NCBI GenBank assembly: GCA_965228735.1
Contig: OZ245838.1
Coordinates: 6,848,001 to 6,912,000, forward strand
DNA from: Planctomycetota bacterium
Lineage (GTDB): Bacteria; Planctomycetota; UBA1135; UBA2386
DNA: 64,000 bases
Direction: 5' to 3'
The notes below the pieces were generated by a model, which had not been told where the DNA came from, made no database searches, and was given only the letters and a program-made list of their open reading frames with translations. The first letter of the stretch is position 1, and every line of letters starts with the position of its first letter. Position numbers and translations under genes: made by a program. This document shows, piece after piece, positions 39,298 through 48,249 of this stretch.

Positions 39298-39645
39298 TCA
39301 GTCTTCCACCGCAGACCGCAAGCGCGCGATGGCCTGGTCCCACTGCGACGACACCCGATCGAGGTAGTCGCGCGCGTCGACGATGGCCCTGGGCCGCATG
39401 GCGAAGCGGCTCTCGCGCCCGACGCGCTCGTTGTCCACGAGGCCGGCTTCGTTCAGCACCCGCAGGTGTTTCGTCACCGCCTGGCGCGTCAGGGCGAGAC
39501 CGTCGGTCAGCTCGGTGATCGAGTGCGGCTCGCCGTCGCTCAGGCGAGAGACCAGTTCGAGTCGCGTGACGTCCCCCAGGGCCGCGAAGACCGGGGCGGC
39601 CCTGGCCGGTGCGGTGCCGCGGCGTCGTGCCCTAGCTCGCGACAT
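39298..39645 (-). CDS. ArsR/SmtB family regulator
   Basis: 'VFAALGD.TRL', 'TRQAVTKHLRVL..AGLV...GRE'. Confidence 0.9.
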   Translation of the reverse strand: MSRARARRRGTAPARAAPVFAALGDVTRLELVSRLSDGEPHSITELTDGLALTRQAVTKHLRVLNEAGLVDNERVGRESRFAMRPRAIVDARDYLDRVSSQWDQAIARLRSAVED

Positions 39646-40087
39646 GGGCCGCCACGTTCTCGGCCTGGATGTCCCAGCCCTGTCGGTTCGAACGCAGCAC
39701 CTCGAGCCGCTTCGACTCGGGGAACTGCAGGAAGCCGGACTCGGTGATCGTCAGGCGGGTGCCGGTCGTCGTCGGCTGCAGGCGGAACTCCACGACGACC
39801 TTCGCGTCGGCGTCGTACTCGGTATCCGGGTCGATCGCGCTCGGTGGCCACGAGAAGACGAACAGGTGCTCGTGCTCCATCCGCTCCGTGACCGACTCCC
39901 ACTGCATGTCTTCGTGGCCCGGGTAGGTGATCCTGCCGGTCGTCGTCTTGCCGACCTCGAACGGGCCGTCGAGCCGGACACGGAACCATTTCCCGAACTC
40001 CTCGTGGTCGGTCAGGGCGCGCCAGACCCGCGAGATGGGGGCTGCGAGGTCGACGGTCTTCTGAATGCGGTCCTGGTCGTTCGTCAT
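39632..40087 (-). CDS. SRPBCC/Aha1-like domain protein
   Basis: 'APISRVWRALTD.EEF..WF', 'GTRLTITESGF', 'GW'. Confidence 0.88.
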   Translation of the reverse strand: MTNDQDRIQKTVDLAAPISRVWRALTDHEEFGKWFRVRLDGPFEVGKTTTGRITYPGHEDMQWESVTERMEHEHLFVFSWPPSAIDPDTEYDADAKVVVEFRLQPTTTGTRLTITESGFLQFPESKRLEVLRSNRQGWDIQAENVAAHVAS

Positions 40088-40090
40088 AGG

Positions 40091-40153
40091 GCAACCTTTT
40101 GGTTGCATGGCAGGGTATCGAGCGTTGTCCGAACATGCAACCCAGGGGTTGCA
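40091..40153. promoter_or_regulatory. Two GCAACC-N4-GGTTGC palindromes (putative ArsR operators)
   Basis: GCAACCttttGGTTGC (40091-40106) and TGCAACCcaggGGTTGCA (40136-40153). Confidence 0.7.
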
Positions 40154-40272
40154 AGATGCATGTGCGGACCCGTGAGGTGCGGCGCGTGCGAATTGGTCGT
40201 GCCGAGGACCGCGGGTGATGGCGGGGTCGGTCGGGTTCGCCCGGTGGCGGGAATTCTCGCAATATCCAAAAA

Positions 40273-40287
40273 CCGAATCGGATTCGG
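40273..40287. promoter_or_regulatory. Palindrome upstream of tetR (putative operator)
   Basis: CCGAATC-G-GATTCGG, perfect 7-bp arms. Confidence 0.55.
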
Positions 40288-40293
40288 ATTATC

Positions 40294-41028
40294 GTGACCG
40301 CGATGGACGACACCACGGCATGGCTGCATGCCCCGAAGCAGGACCGCAGCCAGCAGACGACCGAGCGCATTCGCGCCGTGGCGCTGGCGGCGTTCGCGGA
40401 AGAACGGTTCGACACCGTGTCCGTCAGTGAGCTGGCCGAGCGGGCCGGGGTCTCGGTGGGGGGCTTCTATGCCCGCTTCAAGAACAAGGCGGCCCTGCTG
40501 CACGCGCTCGACGACTACGTGCTCGACGAGATGCTGCGCAGCGTTCGCCGGGTCATGGCCGCTGACCGGCTCGCGGGCGCGAGCCTCGCCGACGTGGTGG
40601 CGGCCTACGTGCGGATGATGGTCGGGTTCTTCGCCCGGCACCGGGGCGTGTCGCGGCAGATCGTGATCCGCGCGCGCACGAGCGACGACCCCGGGTTCCT
40701 CGAACGGATGCGGGCGTTCAACGCCGAGGCCCACGGTCTATTGGCTGCGCGACTGCGGGAGCGCAGCCGGGAGATCCGTTGTGACGACCCGGAGGCAGCG
40801 ATCCCGTTCGCGATCATGACGGTCTCCGCGACGGCCCGCGAAGCGGTTCTGTTCGGGGATCGGAAGATGAACCTCACGACGACGCGCGGGCGCGCCCTCG
40901 TCGAGTCCCTCGTCCGCGTGTTCCTGGCCTACCTCGGCGTCCGCGACGCGCTGCGTTGGACCGCGTCCGGCGCGGCGCGGCCCGCCGGCCGCAAGCCACG
41001 CTCGACGCGCCGATCCGGCCGCCGGTGA
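40294..41028 (+). CDS. TetR/AcrR family regulator (start 40294 or 40303)
   Basis: 'PKQDRS..T', 'SVSELAERAGVSVGGFYARFKNK'. Confidence 0.9.
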   Translation: MTAMDDTTAWLHAPKQDRSQQTTERIRAVALAAFAEERFDTVSVSELAERAGVSVGGFYARFKNKAALLHALDDYVLDEMLRSVRRVMAADRLAGASLADVVAAYVRMMVGFFARHRGVSRQIVIRARTSDDPGFLERMRAFNAEAHGLLAARLRERSREIRCDDPEAAIPFAIMTVSATAREAVLFGDRKMNLTTTRGRALVESLVRVFLAYLGVRDALRWTASGAARPAGRKPRSTRRSGRR

Positions 41029-41049
41029 CGCGGCGCTCAGAGAACTCCC

Positions 41050-42732
41050 ATGAGTCGATACCCGATCCGTTCCAGGTTCCGCAGCGCCGTGATCGGCGCG
41101 CTCTCTGCCGTACCACTGCTGGTTGCCCCACTCCTCGTGGGGCCCGCACTCGCCGCGCAGGACCCGGGCATCGCCCGCTACGTCGCGGGCCGATTCGCCG
41201 AGGACGCGCCCGGTTGTGTGGTTGCCGTCGTCGAGGACGGCAAGATTCTCGCGACCCATGCGCGCGGCCTCGCCGAGGTCGGTCGCGATCGCGCGATCGA
41301 TGCGGATTCGGCGTTCTACCTCGCGTCGGTCAGCAAGCAATTCACCGCCGCGTGCGTCCATCTGCTGCACCGTCGGAACGAGCTGTCGCTCGATGACAGC
41401 GTTCGGAAGTTCGTGCCGGGGCTGCCGGGCTACGCCGACGGGATCACGGTGCGACACCTGATCCACCATCGCTCCGGCCTGCGCGACTGCTTCGAGCTGA
41501 TGGTGCTCGCGAAGATGGACGTTCACGGTGCCCATTCGCACGCCGACGTGCTGGAGCTCGTGTGCCGCCAGCAGGGGCTCAACTTCGAGCCGGGAACCGA
41601 GTTCCTCTACAGCAACACGGGCTATCTGCTGCTGGCGGAGATCGTCGAGGCCGTGAGCGGGCAGTCGCTGCGCGAGTTCGCCCACGAGAACCTGTTCGAG
41701 CCTCTCGGCATGGCGCGAACCGGCTTTCGGGATACGCCCGACCGGCGCTTCGACGGTCTCGTTGCCGGCCACGAGGTGGCCCGCGGCGAGGTGCGGTCGG
41801 TCGCAACGAAGTTCCACCTCGTCGGTTCGGGTGGCGTTGTCTCGACTGCCGGCGACCTCGCGAAGTGGGCCACCGAGTTGGATCGCGGCGAGCTGCTCGG
41901 AGAGGACTTGATCGCGACGCTGCAGGCGCCGATCGAGCTCGGCGCCGACGACGGTCGCGACCCGAAACTCGGGCACTATGCCGCCGGCATGTTGATCGGC
42001 GACTTCGGCGGCCAGCGGACGGTCTGGCATCCGGGCGGATCGCTGGGGTTCAGCACGTGTCTGCTTCGCATTCCTGAACGGCAGCTCTCGATCATCGTGC
42101 TGTGCAACTCCTCGTTCGGGCCGGCCCGGACGGTTGCGTTCGACCTCGCGGCGCTGCTTGTCGGATCACCCCGGTCAGCGGCGTCCGCGCCCGTTGCGGA
42201 AGGCCCGCGCGACGGCCGGCATGTGTTCCGCCATCCGCGGACCAACGAGATCGTCGTGTCGATCGTTCGCGGCGAACGGATCAAGCTCGCGACGGCTGCC
42301 TGGGACGTGCCGATGCGCGCGGTCGATGCGACGAGCATCGCCAGCGTGGACACTGCGCTCCCGATCGCGGCGACGTTCGTCTACCAGGACGACGGGCCGG
42401 CCGATCTGCGGTTGCAGATCGGCGCGCAGGCGCCGTTCGTGTGCCACGGATTGCAGCTCGAACGCGTCGCGCCCGAGAAGGTGGAGTCACTCGTCGGGAC
42501 GTGGCGCAGCGAAGAGGCCGGCGCGTCGCTCACCTTCGCGTCAGGTCGCGGCGGCGTGAGGATCGCGGACCAGCTGCAGCTCGACCCCGGGCCGCTCTAC
42601 GCGCTGCAACCGGACCTGTTCGTGGCCAACGACGGCAGCTTCACGCTCGAAACCGACCGCGACCCGGCGGGCGATGTCACGACGGTGTGGGTCAGCACGA
42701 AGGGGGCCCGCAGGCTGCGCTACACGCGGTAG
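41050..42732 (+). CDS. Serine hydrolase, beta-lactamase class C-like
   Basis: Signal peptide; SVSK, 'LIHHRSG', YSN, HPG. Confidence 0.9.
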   Translation: MSRYPIRSRFRSAVIGALSAVPLLVAPLLVGPALAAQDPGIARYVAGRFAEDAPGCVVAVVEDGKILATHARGLAEVGRDRAIDADSAFYLASVSKQFTAACVHLLHRRNELSLDDSVRKFVPGLPGYADGITVRHLIHHRSGLRDCFELMVLAKMDVHGAHSHADVLELVCRQQGLNFEPGTEFLYSNTGYLLLAEIVEAVSGQSLREFAHENLFEPLGMARTGFRDTPDRRFDGLVAGHEVARGEVRSVATKFHLVGSGGVVSTAGDLAKWATELDRGELLGEDLIATLQAPIELGADDGRDPKLGHYAAGMLIGDFGGQRTVWHPGGSLGFSTCLLRIPERQLSIIVLCNSSFGPARTVAFDLAALLVGSPRSAASAPVAEGPRDGRHVFRHPRTNEIVVSIVRGERIKLATAAWDVPMRAVDATSIASVDTALPIAATFVYQDDGPADLRLQIGAQAPFVCHGLQLERVAPEKVESLVGTWRSEEAGASLTFASGRGGVRIADQLQLDPGPLYALQPDLFVANDGSFTLETDRDPAGDVTTVWVSTKGARRLRYTR

Positions 42733-42999
42733 GGCGGGGCCGCACCTATCCCGATCGCCCGCGCCAGTCGAGGAAGACGATGTCGAGCCATTCGCCCCAA
42801 CCTCGTGGCGAATGGTCGATGGGCAACTCGAGGACACGAAGGTCCGCCGATCGATCGCGGAGCGCACCGGCGAGCGCGCGGCCATCCGCGACCAGCCGCA
42901 CGAGCGGCATCCAGGCCGGAGTCCGGCGCGGCATGGGATGGCGGTGCGGCAAGGTCACTGCACGGTATCGCGTCGGTCCGTCAGACCCAGGGTTCCCGC

Positions 43000-43728
43000 T
43001 CAGCGCTGCGTCCGTCCGAAACCGCGCAGTGCGCGCACTGGCCGAAACCCGGTGTCCGGATCGCCGTCGGGGCTCCTCGACCATCGGCCGTCGCTGCGGA
43101 CGAGGTCGAGGCCGTACCGCCATGACCCGCCGCGCGCGACGGCGACGTCAGGCGGCTCCGGCGCGCACCATTCCATGACGTTGCCGTGCATGTCGTACAG
43201 CCCCCAGGCATTGGGGGCGTAGGACCGGACGGGCCGCGTCCGGTTGCCGGGCTGGGGTTTTCGCGGGTCACCGGCCGCGGCGTTCGCCCTGGCGTGATCG
43301 AACTCGTCCCCGAACGAGTAGGCCGTCGTCGTTCTGGCGCGGCACGCGTGCTCCCACTCGCGCTCGGTCGGCAGGCGAAAGCCCGGGCCGAGCCACTCGA
43401 TGAACGCTCGCGCTGCCGACAGGGACACCATGTCGACGGGTTGGTCGAGGCCTCCGAAGACGCTGATGTGATGGGGATCGAACCGCAGGAAGGCCGCGTT
43501 CGTGACCTCCGTCTCGCAGAGATAGAAGGGCTCGAGTTCTTCATCTCCCGGAACCAGGACGAAGCGCAGGCCGGAACGCGGTTCCTCGAACGACGGCGGC
43601 AGACCGAGCCGCTGCGCCGTCGCGCCCGGCGTCCGCGCGTCGCGGGAGTCCGGTCGGGTCGAGCAGCTCGGGTGCGCGAGGGCGAGGAGGACGAGTGCTC
43701 CGAGAGCGGTTCCGAGTCGGCTGTCCAT
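43000..43728 (-). CDS. Formylglycine-generating-enzyme (SUMF1/EgtB/PvdO)-like domain protein
   Basis: 'TEVTN', 'RLPTEREWE.ACRA', 'PNAWGLYDMHGNV.EW', 'RGGSW', 'GFR'. Confidence 0.88.
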   Translation of the reverse strand: MDSRLGTALGALVLLALAHPSCSTRPDSRDARTPGATAQRLGLPPSFEEPRSGLRFVLVPGDEELEPFYLCETEVTNAAFLRFDPHHISVFGGLDQPVDMVSLSAARAFIEWLGPGFRLPTEREWEHACRARTTTAYSFGDEFDHARANAAAGDPRKPQPGNRTRPVRSYAPNAWGLYDMHGNVMEWCAPEPPDVAVARGGSWRYGLDLVRSDGRWSRSPDGDPDTGFRPVRALRGFGRTQR

Positions 43729-44014
43729 CGAGGGTATCGTGCGGCCGTGTGTTGCCGGTCCGGTCTGGACCAACGTCGGTCTCTTGTCGCGGGGGCGAGG
43801 GAATCGCGCAACCCGTGCTCCGTCCGCTTCTCGCGCGTGGCGGTGGCTGGCCGTCGGTGGTCAGGAATCGTCAAGACGCGTGTGACCGGGTCGTCCCCGA
43901 CCGGGGCCTACCGGGTCGGCCTGGACAGGCGCTCGAGGTCGCGGCGAAGTGCCGGAGCGAACATGAGCCGTTGCCAGGCGCTACGATGCGAGGGTCTCGT
44001 GCCCTGGCCCTGAC

Positions 44015-44845
44015 ATGCCCGATTACCGCGAACACCAACCCGCCGCGCCGCTCCGCTCGTTCGTGCGGTGCATCTGGGAGCTCGTCGCTGACCCTGCGGA
44101 AGAACCGGGTGGCGCGCTCGAGCGCGTGTTGCCGGACGGTTGCATGGAGTGGGTGTTCCATCTTGGCACGCCGTTTCGGATCGAGCGCGCGCCGGGGCGA
44201 CTCGAGCGCCAGGCGCATGCGCTGATCGGCGGCGTGACGACGCGCGCGATCCTGCTCGAGCCGAGTGCCGACGCGTGGGTGTTGGGCGTGCGGTTCGAGC
44301 CGGGGCATGCGTGGGCTGCCGCCGGGATGCCGGCGCGTGAGCTCGCCGACCGCGTCGTGGCCGCGGATCACGATCCGTGGTTCGCGGAGGTGACCGGACG
44401 GCTGCACGATGCCGCACCCGCAGAACGGGTCGGGCACCTGCAGGCCGAGTTGCTCGACCGCTTCGCGAACGGGCCCCGGCCGCGTCGCGCCGCGCGCGAT
44501 CTCGGGCTCGCGATTCGGGCGCTCGTCGACGGACGTGCGACGGTCGATCAGGTCGCGCGGTCCTGCGGGCTGAGTCCGCGGCAGCTGCAGCGGCGGTTCC
44601 TGGCCGAGGTCGGCGTCGGGCCGAAGCACCTGGCGCGCATCACCCGGTTCGCGCGGGCGGTGGAGCTCGTGTCGTGGACCGATCAGCCGCTGACCTCCGT
44701 CGCGTATGCCGAAGGCTACGCCGACCAGTCGCACTTCACGCGCGAGTTCAAACAGCTGGCCGGTCTGTCGCCGCGGCAGTATCGCGCGGAGACCCACGGC
44801 ATGGCCGAGGCCTTCGCCGGGGGCGCGACGTCGCATTCGTTCTAG
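44015..44845 (+). CDS. AraC family regulator (DUF6597-like N-terminus)
   Basis: 'ERVLPDGCME', 'GVRF.PG', 'SPRQLQRRF..EVG..PK', 'GYADQSHFTREF'. Confidence 0.9.
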   Translation: MPDYREHQPAAPLRSFVRCIWELVADPAEEPGGALERVLPDGCMEWVFHLGTPFRIERAPGRLERQAHALIGGVTTRAILLEPSADAWVLGVRFEPGHAWAAAGMPARELADRVVAADHDPWFAEVTGRLHDAAPAERVGHLQAELLDRFANGPRPRRAARDLGLAIRALVDGRATVDQVARSCGLSPRQLQRRFLAEVGVGPKHLARITRFARAVELVSWTDQPLTSVAYAEGYADQSHFTREFKQLAGLSPRQYRAETHGMAEAFAGGATSHSF

Positions 44846-44905
44846 TCGGCGGCCGCGGCCCGCGCCAAAGTGCCGGCGTTTGCACCCCTCCCCGGAGACC
44901 CTGTC

Positions 44906-45445
44906 ATGACCTCGAACCTCTCGTTCCGAACGCCGCTCGCCGCCGTCCTCCTGCTCGGTGCGCTCCTGGTCCTCACCGGCTCGATCGATCTCGCGTCGCC
45001 GGGCACCGACCCGCAGGACCCGCAGCCGGCCCCGCAGAAGAATGCGAAGAAGAAGCTGACCCTCGCCGACATCGCGTGGCTCTCGGGTCACTGGCGGTCC
45101 GAGAAGCCCGGCAGCATGAGCGAGGAGCTGTGGATGCCGGCGCGCGGCCGCATCATGCTCGGGCTCAACCGCAACGTGCGCGGCAAGGCGCACGGGCAGT
45201 TCGAGTACCTGCGCATCGTGCAGACCAAGATCGACACCTACTACTGGGCGAGTCCCGGCGGCGGCAAGCAGACGCCGTTCAAGATGACGAAGGCGACGGA
45301 GGATCACGTGGTCTTCGAGAACCCGGAGCACGACTTCCCCAAGCGCATCGAGTATCGCCGCAAGGGCGACACGTTGACGGCGCAGATCTTCGGCGACGAA
45401 CCGGGACCGTCGTGGTCGTGGAAGCGGATCGGCGACGTCAAGTAG
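44906..45445 (+). CDS. Secreted DUF6265-like protein
   Basis: 'LADIAWLSGHW', 'EELW', 'FEYLRI', 'FENPEHDFPKRIEY'. Confidence 0.75.
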   Translation: MTSNLSFRTPLAAVLLLGALLVLTGSIDLASPGTDPQDPQPAPQKNAKKKLTLADIAWLSGHWRSEKPGSMSEELWMPARGRIMLGLNRNVRGKAHGQFEYLRIVQTKIDTYYWASPGGGKQTPFKMTKATEDHVVFENPEHDFPKRIEYRRKGDTLTAQIFGDEPGPSWSWKRIGDVK

Positions 45446-45490
45446 CGCGGCGAGCCAGCCCCGCTCGGGCCGTTCTGTTACCTTGGCTTT

Positions 45491-45913
45491 GTGCAGAACG
45501 GGTCGAGCACTGAGCCCGCCGCCGCCTGGTGGACCGCTTTCGGTTGGATCGGGTCGATCTGCGCCGGGCTCACGGCCGCGGTCCTGGCCTTGCTCCTCCA
45601 GGGCTCTGTCGCCGCGCTCGAGGTCTACGTGTTCGCGTGCCTCGGGGAGAGCCTCGCGGCCGCCGCAGCGCACACGGTAGTGTTGGCCGCGATCGCGTTC
45701 GCGGGCGTGTGGGCGGCCGGCGTGACGGCGCCGGTGGGGCTCGGACTCCGGCCGGCAGTCGTGGCCTGGTGCATCGTGGTCGGCTACCTCGGGTGGGCGA
45801 TGCGGGAACCGCGGTATCTCGAGCTGCTGTTCGGCGCGGTCGCCGGGCTGGCGCTGGGGCGATCCGTGCTGCGACCGAGATCGCGAAGTGTCCGCCCCGG
45901 AACGGCGCGTTGA
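45491..45913 (+). CDS. Hypothetical multi-pass membrane protein (paralog 1)
   Basis: About 4 hydrophobic helices; homologous to the next gene. Confidence 0.6.
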   Translation: MQNGSSTEPAAAWWTAFGWIGSICAGLTAAVLALLLQGSVAALEVYVFACLGESLAAAAAHTVVLAAIAFAGVWAAGVTAPVGLGLRPAVVAWCIVVGYLGWAMREPRYLELLFGAVAGLALGRSVLRPRSRSVRPGTAR

Positions 45914-46350
45914 CCACGTCGCCCGACGGTTCTGGCGGCGGACCGACCGCCACCTGGCCGCGCGTCTTCGGGTGGATCGGCTCGACGTGCGCCGGGCTCG
46001 CGGCGGCGTGGCTCGTCTGGCGCGAGGCGTGGTTCATCACGCTCATGCTCTGGAAGTTCGGGGAGGGTGGCGTCCGCGCGTGGGTGTTCGGCATCAACAC
46101 GACCGCGGCCACGTACGCATGCGTCCTGGTTGCCGGCGTGACGGCTCCGACCTCGCGCCCGATCTGGCCGGGTGTCCTCGCCTGGGCCAACCTCGTCGGC
46201 TACCGCGCTTGGGCGACGTGGGGTGCGCCCGGGCACTCGTGGTGGTTCGAGTCGCTGCTCGGGCTGGTCGTGGGGCTGGCGTTGGCGGCATGGACCCTGC
46301 ATCCGATCTCGAAGTGGCGGGCGCAGCGGGCCGCGGCGCGCGCGAAGTAG
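45910..46350 (+). CDS. Hypothetical multi-pass membrane protein (paralog 2)
   Basis: TTG start overlapping the previous TGA; shares 'FGWIGS.CAGL.AA', 'AGVTAP', 'VGY..WA'. Confidence 0.6.
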   Translation: MTTSPDGSGGGPTATWPRVFGWIGSTCAGLAAAWLVWREAWFITLMLWKFGEGGVRAWVFGINTTAATYACVLVAGVTAPTSRPIWPGVLAWANLVGYRAWATWGAPGHSWWFESLLGLVVGLALAAWTLHPISKWRAQRAAARAK

Positions 46351-46446
46351 CCGCTGCGACGGGCAGCTCCGTGCCGCTGCATCGATGCGGGACGGCGCGT
46401 ATCGAGAGGCTCAGTTTCGGCGTTGCCCGCGGTCGAAGACTCGCCA

Positions 46447-47685
46447 ATGACCACTCTGCAGGAGTCCGTTTCGGACCGCGTTCGCGCCTGCCGTTTCCGC
46501 GCGGACGTCGCGCTGCTCGAGCGGATCACGGGCGACCAGCAGTTGCATGCCGCGATTCAGGACCCGCGCGCCCTCGAGCATCGGCGCACGGCCCGCGGGC
46601 AGCTGCTCGCCTCGGCCGTGCGGGTCGACGAACGCATCGTGCCCGGGCTCGCGCGCACGTTCGCCGAGATCGCCGAGCGCGCCGGCATCGACGTGCCGTT
46701 CGAGGCCTACGTGCACCAGGACGCAGAGATCAACGCCTACGTCGGGATGGGCGCCGGGCACCTGCTCATCTCGCTGACGAGCGGGGCGGTCGAGCTGCTC
46801 GACGAGAACGAGCTCGAGTTCGTCATCGGCCACGAGCTCGGCCACGCGCTGTTCGGGCACCTCGACTACGTGCCCGGATTCGCGCTCGAGCACGGCAACA
46901 TCCCGACGCGCGACGCGATGCTCGTGACCGCGTGGCAGCGCGCGTGTGAGATCTCCGCGGATCGCGCGGGGCTGCTGTGCTGCGGCGATCTCGACGTTGC
47001 GTCGACCGCGATCTTCAAGACGCTGTCGGGCCTGCGCACGCCGGTGCGGATCGACGCTCACACGTTCGCCGACCAATGGGAGCAGCTGCAGCAAGAACTC
47101 GTGCAGCGCGGCGATCGCGAGCACTGGAAGTTCAGTCACCCGTTCCCGCCGATGCGGCTGCAGGCGTTGATCGCGTTCGCCGGCGCGGGTGGTCTCGAGG
47201 CCCGCCCGGCCGACTGCGGCGAACGCCAGGAGGCCGACAGGACGGTGCAGAGCCTGCTGGCGTTCATGGATCCGCTCGCGCGCGAAGAAGGCGAGATCTC
47301 CGATCCCACGCTGGCCGAGTTCATGCTCTGGGGCGGCCTCTACCTGGCCATCGGCGAGGGCGCGGCGGCCGTCGAGGACCTCGCGCCCCTCGATCGGCTC
47401 GTGTCGAACGCGCGGCTCACGCAGGCGTTCGCGGCGCTGCCGAGTCGCGCGCGGTGCCTCGATGAGCTCGAGAACGCGCTCGGTTGCCGGGACCGCCGGC
47501 TGCGCAGTCTCGAGGTCTACCGCATCGTCGAGTGCTTGACGGGCACCGCGGCGCAGGGCGGCGTGCTTTCGGCAAGCGCGCGCGAATCCATGATCCACGT
47601 CGCGGGGAAGCTCGGTCTCAAAGCAGAGGCCGGCACCGCGATCATCGACCGAGTGCTGAAGGGAACGAACGGAGAAGACCAATGA
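46447..47685 (+). CDS. M48 family metallopeptidase with TerB-like C-terminus
   Basis: 'INAY', HELGH, 'EISADR', 'SHP'; C-terminal 'AAQGGVLSASARESMIHVAGKLGL'. Confidence 0.8.
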   Translation: MTTLQESVSDRVRACRFRADVALLERITGDQQLHAAIQDPRALEHRRTARGQLLASAVRVDERIVPGLARTFAEIAERAGIDVPFEAYVHQDAEINAYVGMGAGHLLISLTSGAVELLDENELEFVIGHELGHALFGHLDYVPGFALEHGNIPTRDAMLVTAWQRACEISADRAGLLCCGDLDVASTAIFKTLSGLRTPVRIDAHTFADQWEQLQQELVQRGDREHWKFSHPFPPMRLQALIAFAGAGGLEARPADCGERQEADRTVQSLLAFMDPLAREEGEISDPTLAEFMLWGGLYLAIGEGAAAVEDLAPLDRLVSNARLTQAFAALPSRARCLDELENALGCRDRRLRSLEVYRIVECLTGTAAQGGVLSASARESMIHVAGKLGLKAEAGTAIIDRVLKGTNGEDQ

Positions 47686-48134
47686 ACGACACCGCAGGCA
47701 TGAAGACCGTCCTCGAGCAGGTCGAACGCATCGCCACGATGAGTGGGCTCGTCGGCGAGCAGCGCGACGAGGATTTCGCGATGCTGTTCGACCTCGGCGA
47801 CGACCGCTCACAAGCCGTCTACGTCAAGCCCACGGGCACGTTCGAGGACAGCACGATCGTGACGTTCTTCTCGCCGGCTCACATCGTGGCGAAGGGCGGC
47901 ATGTTCAAGAAGGGTCTGAGCCGCGAAGCCGCGATCGAGCTGCTCATGGCCAACGAGAACATGATGTTCGCGCGCTTCGGGCTGTGGACCTCCGACGAGG
48001 AGGACACGATCGTCTGCAGCGTGGACGCGCTCCTGGAGTCGATGGACCCGGAGGAGTTCAGCCAGTTCGCGCACCGCGTCGCGCACGCCGCCGACGACTA
48101 CGAAGCGGCGCACGGCGGCGCGGACCAGTTCTGA
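47682..48134 (+). CDS. YbjN/T3SS-chaperone-fold-like acidic protein
   Basis: ATGA coupling; 'RSQAVYV', 'VTFFSP', 'ELLMANE...ARF', 'VAHAADDYE..HGG.DQF'. Confidence 0.65.
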   Translation: MNDTAGMKTVLEQVERIATMSGLVGEQRDEDFAMLFDLGDDRSQAVYVKPTGTFEDSTIVTFFSPAHIVAKGGMFKKGLSREAAIELLMANENMMFARFGLWTSDEEDTIVCSVDALLESMDPEEFSQFAHRVAHAADDYEAAHGGADQF

Positions 48135-48249
48135 GCCCGGTAGCTCGCGCAGCGAGCAAACGGACTCAGGACCTCGCCGCGCTCCTGCGGAGCGCCGCTT
48201 CGGTTCTGATCGATCGATCGGCCAGCCCTCGGCTCGCCGAGGAGGGTCG

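Noticed and set aside
42746..42935. Small minus-strand ORF ending ...GWGEWLDIVFLDWRGRSG
   Set aside because: No recognisable family or RBS; could be a relic but unsupported
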